A stretch of DNA of 64,000 bases from Ancylonema sp. Taxonomy: Eukaryota. The DNA lies in contig JBFLGF010000024.1 of NCBI GenBank assembly GCA_050230475.1, forward strand, positions 1 to 64,000. Reading direction: 5' to 3'. The stretch's first letter is position 1; every line of letters starts with the position of its first letter. This document shows, in pieces, positions 38,640-51,930 of the stretch. The translations under genes were made by a program, and so were the position numbers. The notes below the pieces were generated by a model, which saw only the letters and a program-made list of their open reading frames with translations, was not told the DNA's origin and did not search any database.

Positions 38640-39850
38640 CTCGGTAATGAAAGTGTTGACTCCATGGATTTGTAATACCTCCTATTGGTCCTAGGAAAGT
38701 ACTGCCCAACAAAACATCGTATTTGTCGGAAGGTGTCAAATGAAGTTTGGCGTTAACCAAAGTTTGGTTTTTACCATGTCCAATGGTGATGGTATATGCT
38801 TTCTCGGTTGTGCCTAAAGATTGTTGGTATTTGCCATCTGAAGTTACGTATTCTTCTTCAAGATCAAGGTCTTGTGGTGTGAGCTTGAGTTGTTTGGCAA
38901 ATTAGGTACCGATTGTAACATTCTCCGCACCTGAATCAAATATTGGTAGTGAAGGTGTTTCTCCACCAATAGTGAGTATGGATTGACTGTTGTCAGCGGT
39001 TGGTATATGCCAGTTGGTTGTCAATCTGGCATTGCAAGGAATCACCGGTGGTTTGGTGTTTTGTGGTCCCATCACAAAGAGTGCCATTGGTGGTTGCGGC
39101 ATCTCTGCTTGTCGAGGACAATCATGCGGTGGTGGTATGTCACCCTGAGGTGAGTCAAGTAACAAATTCCGTCGTCGTGGACAGTTTGTCATTGTATGTC
39201 CTGTTTGTCCACAGAAATAACATCGTAATTCTTTTTAAATGACATCGTATGGTTCTTCAAATTCAGGTATGTTTGGTGCCTGATGTGGTGCAGACTCGAG
39301 TGGTGTCGAGGTACATGAAGGTGAAAGGTCTGGGTAGTTATATGGAATACCCCAGGTTATGTTCAACCTTCGTGACTATTATAGTCGTTCGAAGCTTTGT
39401 CATGAGCTTTTATAGCACCCGTTCAAGTTGTTCATCAGAAATGTGAACAGATCCTGCAGAAATGTCCAACTGAGGTGCCATAACTGTGTAAGCTAGTGGA
39501 TCAACTTCTTCAATCTTTGGCTGCGCGTATCGTGTTAAAGCCAATGTAGCTTTCCATACCTCCTCTGCTTGAAGCAATTGAATGGTGAGATGGCGAGGGA
39601 TGTGCTCCTGCCCCTCCTGCTTCCTGTATGTTTGCAACATTTGGACGTATGCCAATGTTTGTTCTCGCATATGAGGTGGTAATAGGTGTACCATTTGGTT
39701 TTGTTCCTCAATCTGACTCTGAATGAGTCCTAGTTTGTAAAATCGAAAATCTTGTCCCAGATCTGTTGTTATGGAAAACATAGATTTCTCTGATGTTAAT
39801 TTGTTCAACATGTATTCAATTTTTTGATGCTCTTTCGACCCAATGTCCAT
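38640..39850 (-). pseudogene. ORF1 (unassigned 146 aa) + CCHC knuckle + aspartic protease of the inner element
   Basis: RCYFCGQTGHTMTNCP at ~39225-39180, PIFDSGAENVTIG, YDVLLGS. Confidence 0.72.
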
Positions 39851-40507
39851 GATTGTAAACGTCTATCATTGAATTGTATATGAAAAGTGTATTTCGTCAA
39901 TAAAGTAGAAGTCAAGAAAGACAAAAGATGTTCAAGAAAAAAAATTCTGGTCCCAATGTTTGTTCCAAACTTTTAGTTATCGAAATCAAGGTCTTCCGCG
40001 GTCGGATTGAAGTAGTATTGCAGATTGAGTCTCTGCTAAGATATCAATATTATATCTATCACACGTCTCAGCGGTCTGGTGAAATTCACTACTTAACGCT
40101 GAGAGCACGCTAGCAAATAGTTTCTAGTACAAAAGTGTGTGAAAATATTGTAAAGCAAACAAGATAGTCTAGTGCAGACTATCAAGGTTAACAACCGTAA
40201 GAGTTACTTTCGGTGCGAAAGCAAAGTATCGACGGCGCGTCGATAGAAGATGATGGCTCAGAAAGAGCGTCAGCGGACAGATGTAAACAACAAATGCTGG
40301 CTTGGAGCGAGCGACGGCAAACACACACACACAAATGAAATTGCCGGTTCGGAGCGAACGAAGGCAAATCGACAGATGCTTTTCACACACACACACGTTT
40401 GCTGGCTAAGAGAGAGCGTCAGCGAATCGATGTAAGAAATTAAAGTCGATATCACAGCTGGCTCACAAAGAGCGTCAGCAACAGATTCAGATGAATCAGA
40501 TTATACA

Positions 40508-43500
40508 TTTTAGGGATGTTACGTGATCGGGGTGCGAGGCAGTGTGATTCTTTCCGTACAAGGAACTTACGTCTCTCAGAAGTGTTCAATGACTAAGTGT
40601 TGAGTTGGAAGAATAATCTTGAATGGTCGGCATCGTGTAGGTATACCACGATGCCTCGTCCACAACGTGTATCTACAAAGCGTGCCGACGGTCGTGTCTG
40701 CGAACCGTCGGCCTATCATAACTCAACAACAGTCAGATCCTGTCAACGGCACACGCCGGACAGGCTGACAAAACATAACGTCTAGATTCGGAACCATCTA
40801 GACCGCACGTGCTACAAACGGCACAATCGAAACGTCATATTCGGGTGCCCGGACATAAGTCCGGCCCCTCATTATAAGCACACCCTAGGAACCCTACCGG
40901 TTACACTAACCGGCAGTCCGGACTAGCACGCTAGCAAACATGGCTATCCGATATAATTCCTACACCCCCCCTCGGATGCCATGCCAAGATTGGCATTAAG
41001 TCAGCACCAAAGGACCACCCTCACAACCGCTAAGTCATGGCAAGACCAGTGCATAGCCCATGGAATAGTAGGGTCTTCTCTAGCATATCAATGTGCTAGA
41101 GGCATTTATCAAAAATCACAGCCGATCAAGACGATCGGAAGACAATCGATCGGAAGACGATCGGAAGCCGTTCGGAAGCCGATCGGAACTCCAGAAGACG
41201 ATCGCTCCAGATCCTTAGTCGTTTTTCGGGCCGGAGCCTTGAACATACAAACAAATACCACAAGTTAGGGGGCAATACAAAATGACAAAGTCAATCTTCT
41301 GTAGTTTTGAATAACTTGAAAATATGCAAAACTTCACAACTTTCTCAGAACTTCACCATTTTCTTATTCATAACTTTCTCAATACTTCACCAAATCAAAC
41401 GATATTTTGACACAACATTTTATGAATGGCAACACACCAGAATTCATGAACAACTGACAACTTTAGATGCAAGCAGATCTGCAACTTTTCAGGTGTCCTC
41501 GAGTGTTTTCAGGGCAGAAAAAGGAGTAGGGGACTTATCTGGATAGACGAGCGTTAAGAGCCCTCCACAAGTGCATTCTGCAAGAAGAATAACAGAACAT
41601 ACACCCCCTGCCAAACACAGCATGGCAGCCGAAAATCCCCGAGAACCTATGTGCACCCCCATTTCAGTTAACTCTCCCAAAACCTAGAGACTTTCCGTGT
41701 CTGTCAAGTAAGACCTGTGGAAGAGCCTTAGTGAACATATCGGCTGGTTGATTGGCCCCTGCCAGATACATATACTTCAGCCTACCAGTTCTGTGGCACT
41801 CTCTCACCCAGTGGTATACCACATTGAAGTGCTTCTTGGTGGCCTTCTGGCGCTGGACTGGGTTCTGGATCATTGATGAGAGTGCAGCAGTTGAGTCGTC
41901 ACTGTAAACTACTGTAATTTCATTAGGGAGTTTGAGCTCATGCAGGAGCGACTTCAGGTAAAAGCATTCCTTAAACACACTACAGGCAGCAATATACTCA
42001 GCCTCTGCTATACTCTGTGCGACTGTAGACTGTTTTTGTGACTTCCAGCTTAAAGCAGTTCCCCCAACAGTAGTGACCCATCCTCTGACCGACTTCCCAG
42101 TCATACTGCAGTGTTCCAACTAGCATCACAGTACCCCCTTATCTCTTAACTTCCTCTGCCTCACGTAGCATATTCCGTGATCCACTGTACCCTTTAAATA
42201 TCTGAACAGTTGGTGTAAGGATTTGATGTGAGCAGTCCCAGGATTCCCCATGTGTTTTGCCAGTACCCCCAGTGCAGCGCAATATCCGGTCTGGTGTGTT
42301 TCATTGCATAAATGAGTGACCCAATTTTTCCCCGGAATTCAGTTATCTGTTCAGGTGTAGGGGGAGTTAGAGGTTCATCGTCTTGGTGAAATGTCAGTCC
42401 AGGTGGTAAGGGTAGTTTTGTAGGATTACAGTTTGCCATGCCAAAACGTTCCAGAACCTGTTTTATGAACCCTCCCTGATGCAACGTCAGCACCCCCTGT
42501 TGTCTGTCCCTTTTCACTTCCACCCCCAGGATTATGGGTCAGGGCCCCAAGATCCTTCATTTTGAATTTCCCAGAAGTTCCTGTTTGAATGCCTTAATGA
42601 CCATGGTGTTAGGACCAACTATCACGTGATCATCTACGTGTATTCCCACTATGATTCGTGACTATCCTGTTCCCCTGGCGTATATGCATGTGTCCATAAC
42701 ACACTGTTTGAACCCTATACTGAGCATGAAGGTTGTGAACATTTCACCCCAGACCTTGCTACTGTTTCAGTCCGTACAGTGCCCCCCTCATTCTCAGAAC
42801 CTTTCCCTCAGCCCCTCCCTCAATCTCCTTTCCATGTATACTTCCTCTGTCTACTTCTTCCGTCAGTCTTCCGTGCAAGAAAGCAGTGACCACATCCATC
42901 TGTTCAATTTCCCAACCCTCCTGATTCCGCAATAGCTAGTAGAAGAGAGATAGAGGTACTATCTACTACTACAGGTGCGAATATTTCATTATAGTCAACT
43001 CCTTCTTGTTGTAGAAAACCTTGGGGGGCGACCAGTCCGACTTTATATCTTTCGTTCAAGGGTTCCCGTGGGTGTGTATTTTGTTTTGAATACATTTTTG
43101 CACCCCACAGCCCTTTTACCTCGTGGAAGTTCACACACCTCGAAGGTGTTGAATTCCCCCAAGCTCTTCAGCTCCTCCTGGATAGCAGCTAACCACTGGT
43201 CCCAGTCTGGCCTCGTCATGGCCTGGTTCAGCGTCGGAGGGTCGGAGGAGTCAGCAGACGTGGCAATCAATCCAGGGTCAGAGGGGCCGTTGAAGCCCTG
43301 TGAAGAAGCATGTCCGCCTCCCACTCCTCGTCCTGAATGGCTGCTGCCAGCGCCTGGTCGTCGAACTCCTCCCCATCGTTTCAGAGGACATCCCCAAAGT
43401 GGGCGAAGTTTGCCCTCCCTTCTCCCCATCACCCTCTCAGCTATGCTCACAACATTTACCCCTCCTTGCCCCTCCCCTTCACCCCCTCCTTGAACCTCCT

Positions 43501-46500
43501 CCTCCTCGCCTGCCCCTCCTGCGTTGTTGATCCCTGACTGGCTGTCAGACAGCTCAACCAAGATAGGGACCTCAGCAGCTGGTGGTGGCGGAAGAATCTG
43601 TAATAATGGGATCTGGGCTCCTGGGTCGTTGTGTGCTGCTGCTGCTGCTGCTGGTACTGGTGCTGGAGCTGCTGCTGGAGCTGCTGCTGCTTCTGCTTCT
43701 GCTGCTGGCGTTGCAGCGTTTACTGCTGCTTGTCCTGATACCCCTCCAGCCTTAGGCTCATCATCGGGGAGCTGGAGAAAGTGTCCATCTGCTGTCGCCT
43801 CGACCTGGGGAGCTCTCCCCCCCATGAGTCTCGGGTACCCCGGCACTTCCTCGAAGAAACGGACGTCTCGCACCATCACGCCGGCTCTGAGCGGGTCGAA
43901 GATGTTGTACCCAGCCTGATCTGCTGCCAGCCCCAATATATACCCCAAAAGCAGTCTTGGCAGCATACTTGTCCCCTTGTTTATTTTTATCATGCCCAAC
44001 TAGCAAATATTGAACCAGACAGCCCCGAATGTGTGACTTCTGTCCATTTTTATCTTTCGTCCAGTCCACTCCTCAATAGGTATCCCCCCTGTCAATGAAC
44101 TAGTGGGGGTACTGTTCCTTAACCAGTTTGCGTGCATCAGTGCAACATCCCAATATGATTTAGGCAATTTCTACAACATCAGCAAACATCTCATCTTTTC
44201 CATCAATGTTCTGTTCAACCTTTCACACATTCCATTCTGTTGAGGGCTGTGAGCAGTCAGTTCATGTCTGATGCCTTTATCCTCACAATAGCCTCTCCAC
44301 TCTTTACTTGTGTATTCACCCCCCCCATCTGTCCGGATAGACTTCAACGCCAGTCCTGATTCAACTTCAAGTTTCTGTACAGTGATGCGCGTTTGACTGT
44401 GAGCATCGCTCTTGTGCCTAAGAAGAGATACTGTTGATAGTCTAGTGTTGACCTCTATCCCTGTCTGTGCGTAGTCAAACCCTCCGTGCATTGATTTAAC
44501 ACCAAAAGGACCTATCAGATCTAGATGCAACCTCCCCATTTTCGGCATAGTGGCCACATCCTCGCTAGCAATAGCATGCCCCTTCTGTCCCATTTTCCCC
44601 ATACAACAGATCTACAATTCCTGACCTCAGTCAATTCCTCCTGATTCAGTCTCGGTATACACCACGTCTGGCCATGTCTGACATGGCTGGTATACCAGGG
44701 TGACCCAGTTTGCCATGCCAGAGCATGCGATGGACAATTAGCTTGCAGACCAGAAGAACCCGGCATGATGATAGATGCATGCAGCAATGACAGACCATTC
44801 CTCTGCCTGCTGACATCAGCCCATTTCAGTCCATTCTTAGTCAGTTTGGGGCCATGTGGGTCTGGGCAAAGCTCAGCCCACCTCTCTGGACGAGGCAGTC
44901 GGTGGACACCAGGGTCGCAGCGAATGTAGGGACGTGCAGAGCACGAGAGGGACGACGAAAAGAGGAGTCGTCGTTCTTCACTTTCACGTGCACGAAGCCT
45001 GTCCCCTCGACCTTGTGAAGCGTGCCATCAGCCGTGTGGATGAAAGAATACTGCATTGGGACGTTGGTGTCGTACTCGACGAAGTGGTCTCGGTTTACGA
45101 AGACGTGATCGATCGAGCCTGAATCAAGCCACAGATGCGAACAATCAGTTATAACTGCCATCGCAATCCGTGCGTCAGATGAGAATGCTGCATAAGCTAA
45201 GGATTTAGAGGCATCGAAAGGTGTGTCTGGTCTTGCAGCAAGTCTAGCCTGAGAGCTTGATTACGGAGATTTCGAATCAGGTGCAGACAATGCCAGATCA
45301 GATTTACGCTTTAAACATTCTGCCAATGTGTGTCCAAGCTGCTTATCACAGTATCTGGCACTTTGGTTTCGGACTGCCAACTTACCTGGCCAGCCGATCT
45401 TCCACCTCCACCTTGCCGTTGCTGGCCGCATTGCGACAGCCTGTGGCCGGTCTGGTTGCAGCCATGGCACCTCATTGGCGGACGCACGGGGCAATCCGAC
45501 TTCAAGTGGCCATATTGGTTGCAGCCGTAGCACTGAGTTCTCGTCAGGTCGCGACTTCCGGGAACGCCGATCCCACCTGGTCGACTTGGGCCAGCTCCGG
45601 AGCTGCCCGAGTACCCTCCCCTTCCTACGAAATCGGCCTGCTGCCCTCCCGGCAGCGCCCCTCTCTTCCGGTCGTTGCAGACCTCCCGTCGATCGCCAGC
45701 TGACAGAGTGTTGACGGCCTGAGGGATCGTGAAGAGTGATGGTGCAGAAACTGCCCAGGACATCACGCTCTCCACTCGTGCGCTGTAGCGAGTGTTCAAG
45801 GAATTCAGGAAGTTAATCGTCTGCTTTGCCGGCACTGGCTCCCCCAGATGCCCCAACCGCCGATCGTGCAGCTCCTGAAGTCGCTTGACGTAATCGCTCA
45901 GCTCCTCCGCCTCTCCCATGATAATTGCCGTGAGCTCAGCTTCAGCGTTGGCAATTTCGATGGCTCCCTGAATGTCGTAGAAAGACTTCAGGGCCTCCCC
46001 CATCTCTGCAGCAGTCGTGCAGTTCCTCACATGCGTCAGCTCCCCCGTCTGGAGGTGTTTGACGATGTAGGCCATCGCAGCGATATTCTTCTTCGACCAG
46101 ACCTCTCGAAGGAGAGTCTGTCGACCGATGAGCGTGCCGACCGTTCTAGCGACGTCCGCAGCATCCAGCGTATCGAGCTCATCCTGCGTGACTGGTGGAG
46201 TGTGTGGTAGAAACACGGCAGGCTCTTCTTGCCTCGGCGATTTTCCCTAATCCATAACTATGTCGTGCAGCTCCTTGTCTGCCAGACCAAACTTGATCAT
46301 AAATGCCCACCCTTTGTAGTCTGCTCTTGTGAAGACCGGAATGTATGATTTTTCCGTCATGTTAGTCAACAGCTAAAATTCTTGGTGCTCAGCTCCCAGC
46401 TGCTTTCTTGAGCGTGTTTCGTGGCTACTCACACATCAGTCACTGGCAGCGCAATCGAAGGATTACGTGCAGTACTTAATAACCTCTACCTCAGAGTGCC

Positions 46501-47042
46501 TTTAGCAGCGAATCGCGTGGAATGCCTGTAGTTGTTGACACAACGTCTTTAACTAGACCGCGTGTGGGCCCATAACCTTTTAGGGATGTTACGTGATTGG
46601 TGTGCGAGGCAGTGTGATTCTTTCCGTACAAGGGAACTTACGTCTCTCAGAAATGATCAATGACAAAGTGTTGAGTTGGAAGAATAATCTTGAATGGTCG
46701 GCATCGTGTAGGTATACCACGATGCCTCGTCCACAACCTGAATCTACAAAGCGCCGACGGTCGTGTCTGCGAACCGTCGGCCTATCATAACTCAACAACA
46801 GTCAGATCCTGTCAACGGCACACGCCGGACAGTCTGACAAAACATAACGTCTAGATTCCGGAACCATCTAGACCGCACGTGCTACAAACGGCACAATCGA
46901 AACGTCATATATTCGGGGGTGCCCGGACATAAGTCCGGCCCCCCTCAATTTATAAGCACATCCTAGGAACACTACCGGTTACACTAACCGGCAGTCCGGA
47001 CTAGCACGCTAGCAAACATGGCTATCCGATATAATTCCAACA
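40508..47042 (-). mobile_element. Full-length (frameshifted) Ty1/Copia element inserted in the 5' B block; LTRs 47042-46578 and 40964-40508, PBS 46577-46565, PPT 40973-40965, TSD ATACA
   Basis: Order gag(CCHC)-PR(WLDSGS)-INT(LHLDLIGP, IRTDGGGEY, QQNGMCERLNRTL)-RT(GVDYNEIFAPV)-RH(SWKSQKQ, ADMFTKAL). ATACA at 40503-40507 and 47043-47047. Confidence 0.95.
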
Positions 47043-48494
47043 ATACACACGCACAAATTGCAAAGAATGATTTGCAAACTTACCGTCTGGGTGCCGGATG
47101 TCAGGCTGAGACGAAAAACGAGAATGTTGCGAAGTCGCGTAAGCGAAGGGATGCAATATTCACACAATTGCAAGGATTCAGATAACACATAAGATTTTTT
47201 GGAAGGGATTTCTTAATAGCGCAATCTGACAGCGGAAGCTGGCAGATCTGAAAGTACAAATTGTATTTTTATCACAAAGTTGTTGCACGGTGCTAACCGG
47301 CAGAGTCAACTAGAGTTAAACTGTCGAAGATGGCGACAGGCTGGCTTCTAGAACATTCCAATTAATCTCGGCGCTCCGATGAAAATGGCGCGAGATATTA
47401 CTCTAGTTATACGGCTGGATTTAATCGCCGGGATTATCGACAAGTCGAAAGGGACTTGTGATTTAAACAAAATCGACACGCGACACGCACCTATTTGTTA
47501 AAGACTACTGAATTCTAGACTTCGGAAAATACGCCACGCGTTATTTTCGAGTCGTAAAAATTTCGTACTTCACTATTTTTATTGTAAAGTACTAGTTCTA
47601 GAAAATCGTCATATCGAATACTCTCGTTATAGCAGAGTATTAATCTAGATAGGTTTCTAAACAATCTAGAGGGGTTCCGCCTTAGCGATCTTGAAGACAG
47701 GGTCACTAGTAGTGTGGAACCTTGTATTTAATAATGCGAACAATGCGTCAGGGTGAGGTGCTGATCCCTGATTTTTTTGTAGGAATAGTATAGTCATCCA
47801 AATAGGTATAAATAATATGTTCATAATATGGGGAAGATGGTACTTCCACTAATTTTGGCAAACTATCGGGTAAACTGAGAGTATCCGAGAGTGTGGATAT
47901 TGAGGTAGAACATGGTGATAAAGAGAAATGTAGTTGTATTGGTGGTACTGGAGGTGGTTCAGAAGGTTGGTATTTGAAAGTGTGATTGAGAAAAGCGAAA
48001 TCTTCATGCGGTTTTTTATGGTGTTTCCTCGTGTGGTAAGAGGCAGCATGAGATGTAGTATGAGATTGTCTCCGTGGTTGATTCGATATCCAGGTTATGT
48101 TCGTGGTTGCTGGAATGGTTGTAGACTGATCCCGGTTATTATTTTGTTGACTACTTAAAAGTCGTAGACCAGAATGTCGTGGACGAGGAAGATCAAGTTT
48201 GACCGTTGGGTTTTTAGGCCTTGATTTGGTTTTCGAAACTGGTTTGGTTGAATTTGAGGACCGTGGTCGTGGAACTGGTTTCGATGCCTTGTTAGGTCAT
48301 AAATTGCTTGGTTGATGTTTGACCGCAACCGGTGGGCCCGTATGTCGGGTTTGACTGTTGACTTTGGATTTGGATTTGTTCCGTCCGTGTGGGTTTGCAG
48401 GATTGGTAGAAATGTGATGACCAGAGGATCCAATGTCCCTCCCCCCTAGAGTTGAGGTTGGTAAATACTTTTGTTCCGAGGTGAGGGGTGATCC

Positions 48495-49281
48495 CTATGG
48501 TTTGGTGCCCTGAAGGATCTCCGCCATGAACATGATGAGTCGTCTATCCATCATGTGGCCCAGGTGGGATGCGCGCATAGGGTCGGTGATGCGTATGTGC
48601 TGTGTAGCCCACAGGTCGTCCAAGAGCTCGCTCGATCTCGAATGGGGAAGGTGGAACGTACTGCTGAGATGGTGCAACGAACAACATACCAATACCGGGT
48701 CGCCCATCCGATCGGAGCGTGTAGTTGAAGGTCCAAGGGTAAGGACTCAGAGTGGGGAAAACGGCGAGGCGGTTGCCCATGCGGTTGAGCTGGTGATTCA
48801 CCAGGTCGGGAAGAGTCATGATTTGGGCAGTGTGCCGAGGTTGCATGAGATTTTGCAAGGGCTCCCGGGTCTGCTTGTGGGGTTGCGCAAGTTCTAGCTC
48901 GCGTGGGGTAATGCAGCTCGTCCACACCTGGGTTGGGCGATAAACGTGACCTTGGAAGCGGAGTGGTTGGAGCTCTGCGACGTTGCCAAGGAATGCGCGT
49001 GCCACGTGATATAGATCGTTCACCCAAGGAGAATACTCTGGTGTTCCAATGTGGGTGTAGAAAATGTGCACCGGGTATAATTGTGCGAGCCGAGCGCTGT
49101 AATAAATCCATTTGATGACAGCGAGGAGGGGAGCGAGGCGATGGTCGTGACCGCCACGCAGGGGGCTGTAGGTGCGCTCCACCTCCGTGTGATAGTTACC
49201 ACCGACCACATCGAAGGGGCCTTTCTGACGGAAGAGGGCATCCATTTGCTCCGTGGTCGTGTCGGTGACGCTGGTAGACAA
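48495..49281 (-). pseudogene. Degenerate DNMT-like domain of the outer element, catalytic motifs lost
   Basis: QKGPFDVVGGNYH aligns to QRGPIYFIFAGWECQ. Also RPTQVWTS (VIII), EIERALGRPVGYT (IX) and HLGHMMDR (X, shifted frame). Confidence 0.6.
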
Positions 49282-49931
49282 TATTTCATCTCAGTGTTCG
49301 ATTGCCGAGTTCGGCACCTACTTTTTGGGTGTTTTTTTTGGGTGAGGGAAGGTTGGATTGGTTGGTAGTCATGTTCCATCTTGAGGTGGGCATCCCGAAG
49401 ATGGGCTTGGCCGTTTCGTTGGATGGTCGTGTAGTGAGCGTCTCCGTAATAGCCACCAATGGGCCCTAGGATTTCATTGCCCAGTAAGTCATCAAATTCC
49501 CTGGATGGTGACATATGCAGTTCCATATAGATGGTGGTTGGGTTGGGTGTGCCCCTGCCAATGGTAATTGTTTTTTTTTCCTTGGTTGATCCGAGGCTGA
49601 TTTTCTGAGCACGAGAAGCAGTGATGTATGGTGTTCCAGGTTTCAACATGTTGGGTGTGATTCCAAGCTTGGATGCCATGATTCTGCCAATCATGGTTTT
49701 GATGGCACCATTGTCTACTACCACCTTGTTTGGTTTCTCATTCATGATTGTTAACACCCCACGGTTGTTGCGAAGGAGTGCAATACCATATTTGGTTTCC
49801 TGAGAAGTAGTGGTGAAATCCTCGCTGGTGGTATATTGGGCTCCAGGTTCTTGCATGGAGTTGACAAGTGCAGCCGCGTTGTCACGTGCCTTCTCTGCGA
49901 TCTGCAGTTGTGCACGCATTAACATGGCCAT
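49282..49931 (-). CDS. Retropepsin-like aspartic protease region of the outer element (ORF 49020-49931)
   Basis: VVVDNGAIKTMIG ... FDDLLGNEILGPIGG, homologous to PIFDSGAENVTIG ... YDVLLGSTFLGPIGG. Confidence 0.65.
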
Positions 49932-50451
49932 ATATCATATCATGAAGAGCTTGTGCCTGCGGTAAGGGCATGGGTGGAGGTGCAAGAATATCATGGAATT
50001 GGTTCATGTTGGTAGTACCAACTTCCAAAATGTTAGGAAAATCAGGTACAAATGAGATTGGCATCTTTGTACTGTATCCCTGTCTGCGACCGTAATCCTC
50101 CCCTTCCCTAGTCCTTTGTTCTAACAATGTTTTTGGATGAGGCTCCGGATATGGAGTGGTTGAACTACTTGGTTCAGGATCAGATTGATAATGAACTGGT
50201 AGAGCGTCAGGCAAAAGTGGTATTTGCGTATCATCCATAGGTGTATCAACAGGTGGAGTGTGATAATCTGTGGTGAATTCAGATGGTGAGAGTGTGTCAG
50301 AGTTGAGAGTGACCACACGAACATGAAATTGAGTCTGTTTCTGAATAGCCGCTTGTTTCTTCTTCTCTTTCGCAGCCACCCGTGGTGAACGTCTGGTGGA
50401 CATTAGTTACTGACAAGGGATGGTATGGTCAATTACCTCAGAGTCCGCTGT

Positions 50452-51930
50452 CTAGTGCGACATGTTTTCGAATTCGCGTTGGCGTGCCAAGTCGTCTACT
50501 TGCATGGCCAGGTAACTTGTTTGCATCTCAGGAGTCTTCCATCCTATTTGTTTGGGTTGAGAATTTGCAGTGGGTGGTGTACTGAGAGTTAGTAAGTTTT
50601 GTGCCTTGGCAAGTTTCTGACATTGGTCTCGGGTGTGGTGTTTTCCTTTGCAATATTCACAAAATGCATTAGCTGTGTATTGCTTTGCATCGAACTGGCG
50701 AGGTCGTGGTTTGAAGGGTTGTCTGTTTTCAGTACCGTACGCACCTCCCTTGAACTGTGATCCTGAGGTTTGGTTGGTTTTGGAAGTTTTATCGGACTGG
50801 TAATCTGATGACTGGAAGTTGTTTTGTGTCCTTGGTGCAGGACAGTCACGCGAAAGGTGTCCGGTCTGATGACATTGGTAGCATTCCATGTTGCTCACCT
50901 GTCTCGGTGTCAATGCGCCTGTTGGTTTAGGAGCAGTGTAAGGAGTAAATGGAGTGTATGTAGGTAGTTTAGGAGATCTAGTGATCACAGCTGCGCGGTT
51001 CTCAGCGTCTTGCTTCATACGTAGTAATTCAGCCTTGTTGGCTTTCTCCATAGTCTCCTTCCGGGTGATAGGAGGATCTGGTGGAGTTTTGTAGTATCTT
51101 TCCTCAGACTCACGAAAATGCCACTTGTCTATATAAGGCTGTAGTGGTAGAGGACTATGTGGTAGATGCCTCCTAGCCAATTGTTCTTTTGTCATGGCTC
51201 TTGCCTCTTGAACAATAGTTGTTGGTTCGTTAAAGCGTGCAAATGTGGTTGCGACGCTGTCATTGTGTCGTGCTGAAAATGTGAGTAACAAATTCTGTAG
51301 CTGAATTGCGAAAACGATTTTTGATGATGGTGATGAACAATTCCAATTCAGTTGGTTCTGCTGCCGATGCTGTGGGTTTGATCAATGCATTTGTCCATCC
51401 AGTCTACCTTGCAGACGATAATATGCGACGTTGGAATTATGTTCACGGTACATATCACGAATATCTTCCGTAGCAGTAGTACCACGGTTGTCGCGTACAA
51501 ACTATTGCCATTCTCTATGAGCTTGTGCCTTCATATACTGACCAACTACAAGTACTCAGTCCCACTCTACATGCCCCATACGCTGTGTGCGGTGTTGGGT
51601 TCGGTCTAACTGTCTCAAATTATCGTGGAACTTGTCTTGTTTGACACCAGTGTCTCGAGTATATGTCGTTAGTGGCGTTGGGTTGGCCATGGTAGTGTCT
51701 GTCCCACCTTTTATCTTGTGTCGATTAATGGATGTTGTTGCAGCGCTTGGTGGCGTTGCAGCGGGAACACTCGTTGATGGTCCAGCCACAGGTGCTGTGG
51801 TATCGACGATGTGGTCCTCTATGTCAATAATCAAAACAAGTTTCATGTTAATGGCGCTTGTAGGTAGGCGTTCCAAAGACTGTTCCGGTTCTGATGTAGA
51901 TCGTGTCAATTTGTTGGGTTCAAATTTCAC
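50452..51930 (-). pseudogene. Gag of the outer element (capsid-like region + two zinc knuckles), frameshifted
   Basis: RHNDSVATTFARF resembles the Gag major homology region. Knuckles CYQCHQTGHLSRDC and CEYCKGKHHTRDQC. Confidence 0.7.

Larger units (their letters stand above)
32606..47692 (-). mobile_element. Inner near-full-length DNMT/PHD Ty3/Gypsy element: 5' B (47692-47043 + 40502-40008), ORF1/knuckle, protease, C5-DNMT, RT, RNase H, integrase-PHD, PPT (34069-34058), A (34057-~33890), B (~33889-32811), A (32810-32606)
   Basis: Domain order PR-(DNMT)-RT-RH-INT. Ends ...CAACACGTCA. AAGAC lies at 32601-32605 and 47693-47697 (5' end slightly eroded). Confidence 0.88.

Noticed and set aside
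43630..43710. Ala/Pro-rich captured host protein
   Set aside because: Low-complexity GCA expansion in the Copia integrase-RT linker.
32606..47692. DIRS/PAT tyrosine-recombinase retroelement, suggested by split repeats and a methyltransferase
   Set aside because: It has an aspartic protease, DDE integrase, PPT and TSD. No recombinase motif is seen, and the MTase is C5-type rather than the DAM-type usual in DIRS.
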